Positions 46,594 to 48,394 of a stretch of DNA of 48,394 nt are shown piece by piece. Location of the stretch: contig MU053379.1 in NCBI GenBank assembly GCA_013239625.1, positions 1,606,974 through 1,655,367 of the forward strand. Reading direction: 5' to 3'. The position numbers and the translations under genes were made by a program. Under the pieces are notes generated by a model. That model was given only the letters and a program-made list of their open reading frames with translations, did not search any database and was not told the origin of the DNA. The number at the start of each line of letters is the position of its first letter. The stretch's first letter is position 1. This stretch comes from Lama guanicoe (Eukaryota).

Positions 46594-46747
46594 CTTGACA
46601 GTTGACATCCAGTCTATTCTTTCCCATTTCTGGGCAAGACATCTCTGTAATTTTCTTCTCCAGTGACTTTGAAGGCGCCCTCTGGGAGGTGACCGCTTTT
46701 GGGGACTGTGTCAGGTTCCCCATTGGTATGAGGACAACCGTTTTGTG
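46594..46747 (-). pseudogene. Candidate exon with a broken acceptor (CGG instead of CAG)
   Basis: Pyrimidine tract cctatttcctctttgccccgg|CA. Phase-1 reading from exon 47833-47927 gives (A)QNGCPHTNGEPDTVPKSGHLPEGAFKVTGEENYRDVLPRNGKE*. A second frame (HKTVVLIPMGNL...) is fully open. Weak donor AAG|gtccgt. Confidence 0.4.
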
Positions 46748-46859
46748 CCGGGGCAAAGAGGAAATAGGGTGGGGCAAGGGGAAATGTGGGGGGGGGGCAG
46801 GTGGGGTGGATCGGGAGACCCTCCCTTTTCAAATGTCAGCTCACACAGGAGACCCCCTT

Positions 46860-47520
46860 CCGAAGCCCAGCGCCCACTCAGATTCTGTCGGCCCCCCCGA
46901 CGCGGGCGACCCGGTGCCAGCCTGCCTCTCGCAGCATCGCTGCCCCTTCCGGTCACCGCCCCGGCTCCTGGGCCCCGTCTTTTCCTTCCCCGCCAGCAGA
47001 CACTCCCCACTCCCATCCCAGCCCCCGCGGGGCGGCAGGACCCAGGAAGGCAGAAAGAACAGCGATTCACGGAAGTCCTTCCAGACCCAGCTCCCCGAAA
47101 GGGTGGCCCCCGAGTCTCTCCCCGGCCCGGCCCCGCAGGGCGGGGCTGAGCCCGGGCGGCGAGGAGCTGGAGCCCCGGCGCTGGAGGACTCGCGGAGGCC
47201 GGTGAGGCTCCTCGCCTCCTCTTGCGGAACTTTCCCTCCGTGCCTGGGCCCGGGGCTGGCGGAGCTGGCCGGGAGCAGGCTTCCACCCGCTGGTTGCACT
47301 CCATTGACCCACTGACTCAAGCCTTCCGCTTCTACCCGAACAAGCCGCTCAGCGGTGAAACCCACGCCCGCGAGCGCTCAGGTCGGCTGCGGCCCACGCG
47401 GAGGCTGGATGAGGCTGTGCGCCTCCGCCGGTGTCTCCTAAAGGAGTGATGGTGTTTCTCCCTGGCAGAGACGGAGTGCCGCGGAGGGCGGAGTCCGGGA
47501 GAGAACAGGGCTCACCCGTG
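46860..47520. promoter_or_regulatory. CpG island with promoter/enhancer motifs
   Basis: Dense CpG and high GC by eye. ETS CGGAAGT 47070-47076, GC box GGGCGGGGC 47138-47146, NF-kB-like GGAACTTTCC 47226-47235, AP-1 TGACTCA 47313-47319. Confidence 0.7.
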
Positions 47521-47832
47521 AGCTGACCACCCGCAGGTTTCATATTTAAATTCTCTTTGCAGCTGAGAGGAGGCTGCATCCTTACGTATTGTCAGCTCCG
47601 GTGTTTACTCCCAGCCCTGCACCCTGGGGTTCACCGGAGAGCAGTTCACCCTCTCTGGCCTTTGTGGGTGCTGCTCCCCGAGCCAGACCCTTGTGTCTCC
47701 CTCCCACTCTTCCCCCGGCGAGTTCTTAGTCACGGCATTGATGCCACCCTCGGTGCCCTTTGGTGCCCCCGAGGCGCCGGGCTCCCCATCCCCGAATCTG
47801 TCACAGTGGGTGGTAATTGCTCCTGCACTTAC

Positions 47833-47927
47833 CTGAATCCTCCGCTAGGTCAGAAATAGCGTCCTCACTGCTCTCCTCGCTCTCGATGCCACACCTCGGA
47901 TCAGGCTGGATGGAGCTAAGGTGGCCT
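47833..47927 (-). pseudogene. Exon: GHLSSIQPDPRCGIESEESSEDAISDLAEDS
   Basis: Perfect donor CAG|gtaagt (intron starts 47832), acceptor ccatttctag|A (alternatives nearby), open acidic/Ser-rich frame. Confidence 0.55.
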
Positions 47928-48394
47928 CTAGAAATGGCCAATGGTGCAGAGGCTCAAAGAGCAGACACCCCAGAACGTCAGAGTCAGACAAGCAAGGGTC
48001 ATCGTCAAGCCAGGTGTCAGAGCCGTGGTGCAGGGAGGAGAGACGGGGTTGGGAGCTGGGGAGCTAGGGATGAGTTCCCTGAGTTCGGGGAGTTCTAGAT
48101 GTGGACTCTGGACCAGACCAGGGTGCTGGCCTTGTTCCCTGGCTGCTGGCCGAGGACAAGGAGGTCAGGCAGGGGTTCGAACTGTGAGGACAGTGCAGAG
48201 GCTTGGCATGGGGCAGGTGGGGTCCTCAGCTGGTTCTAGAGGCTCAGCCTGTGAGAGAGGGCCCCCCAGAAGCAGACGCTGAGGACTCCAGGGCTGTGGC
48301 TTCCGTGGGAGGGGGAGGGAGGCGGGGGAGGGTAGTAGGAGCGTGGCGGGGGGCAGCTGGGGAGGGAGGGCAGCACATCAGGTGCGGAGAAATG

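Larger units (their letters stand above)
1552..47927 (-). pseudogene. Unidentified multi-exon gene, apparently disabled (unprocessed pseudogene or lncRNA derived from a coding gene); 5' end probably outside the window
   Basis: About 25-30 minus-strand segments have polypyrimidine-AG acceptors and GT donors and lie outside recognisable repeats. Long runs join in compatible phase. The terminal stop TAA (1565-1567) is followed by AATAAA (1552-1557). There are multiple internal stops and probable frameshifts. Confidence 0.75.

Noticed and set aside
46602..47365. Overlapping long ORFs (237, 197 and 174 aa)
   Set aside because: Pro/Gly/Arg/Ala-rich ORFs in several frames are the expected stop-codon scarcity of a CpG island; no recognisable protein.
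1..48394. Prokaryotic-type systems (CRISPR arrays, operons), tRNA or rRNA genes
   Set aside because: The sequence is mammalian; no spaced direct-repeat arrays or structured RNA genes were seen.

Overview
This is mammalian genomic DNA, probably a cetartiodactyl and possibly a camelid: the young L1 3' ends resemble alpaca-type L1, and I saw no Alu, ruminant, pig or carnivore SINEs. Roughly half the window is interspersed repeats: L1 of several ages, L2, MIR, MaLR/ERV1/ERVL LTRs and hAT elements. Repeat family names come from my recall of consensus sequences, not from a search. None of the supplied ORFs is a real intact gene; they are chance ORFs, L1 relics or partial overlaps with the exons below. 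The main result is a minus-strand multi-exon gene the ORF track does not show. About 25-30 AG...GT-bounded candidate exons sit in the gaps between repeats from 47927 down to a terminal exon at 1565-1640, whose stop codon is followed 7 nt later by AATAAA. Many consecutive exons join in the correct phase into protein-like sequence, including an open 142-codon C-terminal frame over five exons. Scattered TGA/TAA/TAG stops, probable frameshifts and a few degenerate splice sites point to an unprocessed (unitary-type) pseudogene or a protein gene turned lncRNA. I cannot name the gene, and its 5' end probably lies beyond the right edge. Other observations: an L1 stub with extreme AT-to-GC substitution bias, a micro-inversion in an old L1 ORF1, a poly(A)-only insertion with a target-site duplication (TSD), a strand bias of intronic L1/LTRs, and an intragenic CpG island with promoter-type motifs at about 46.9-47.5 kb.
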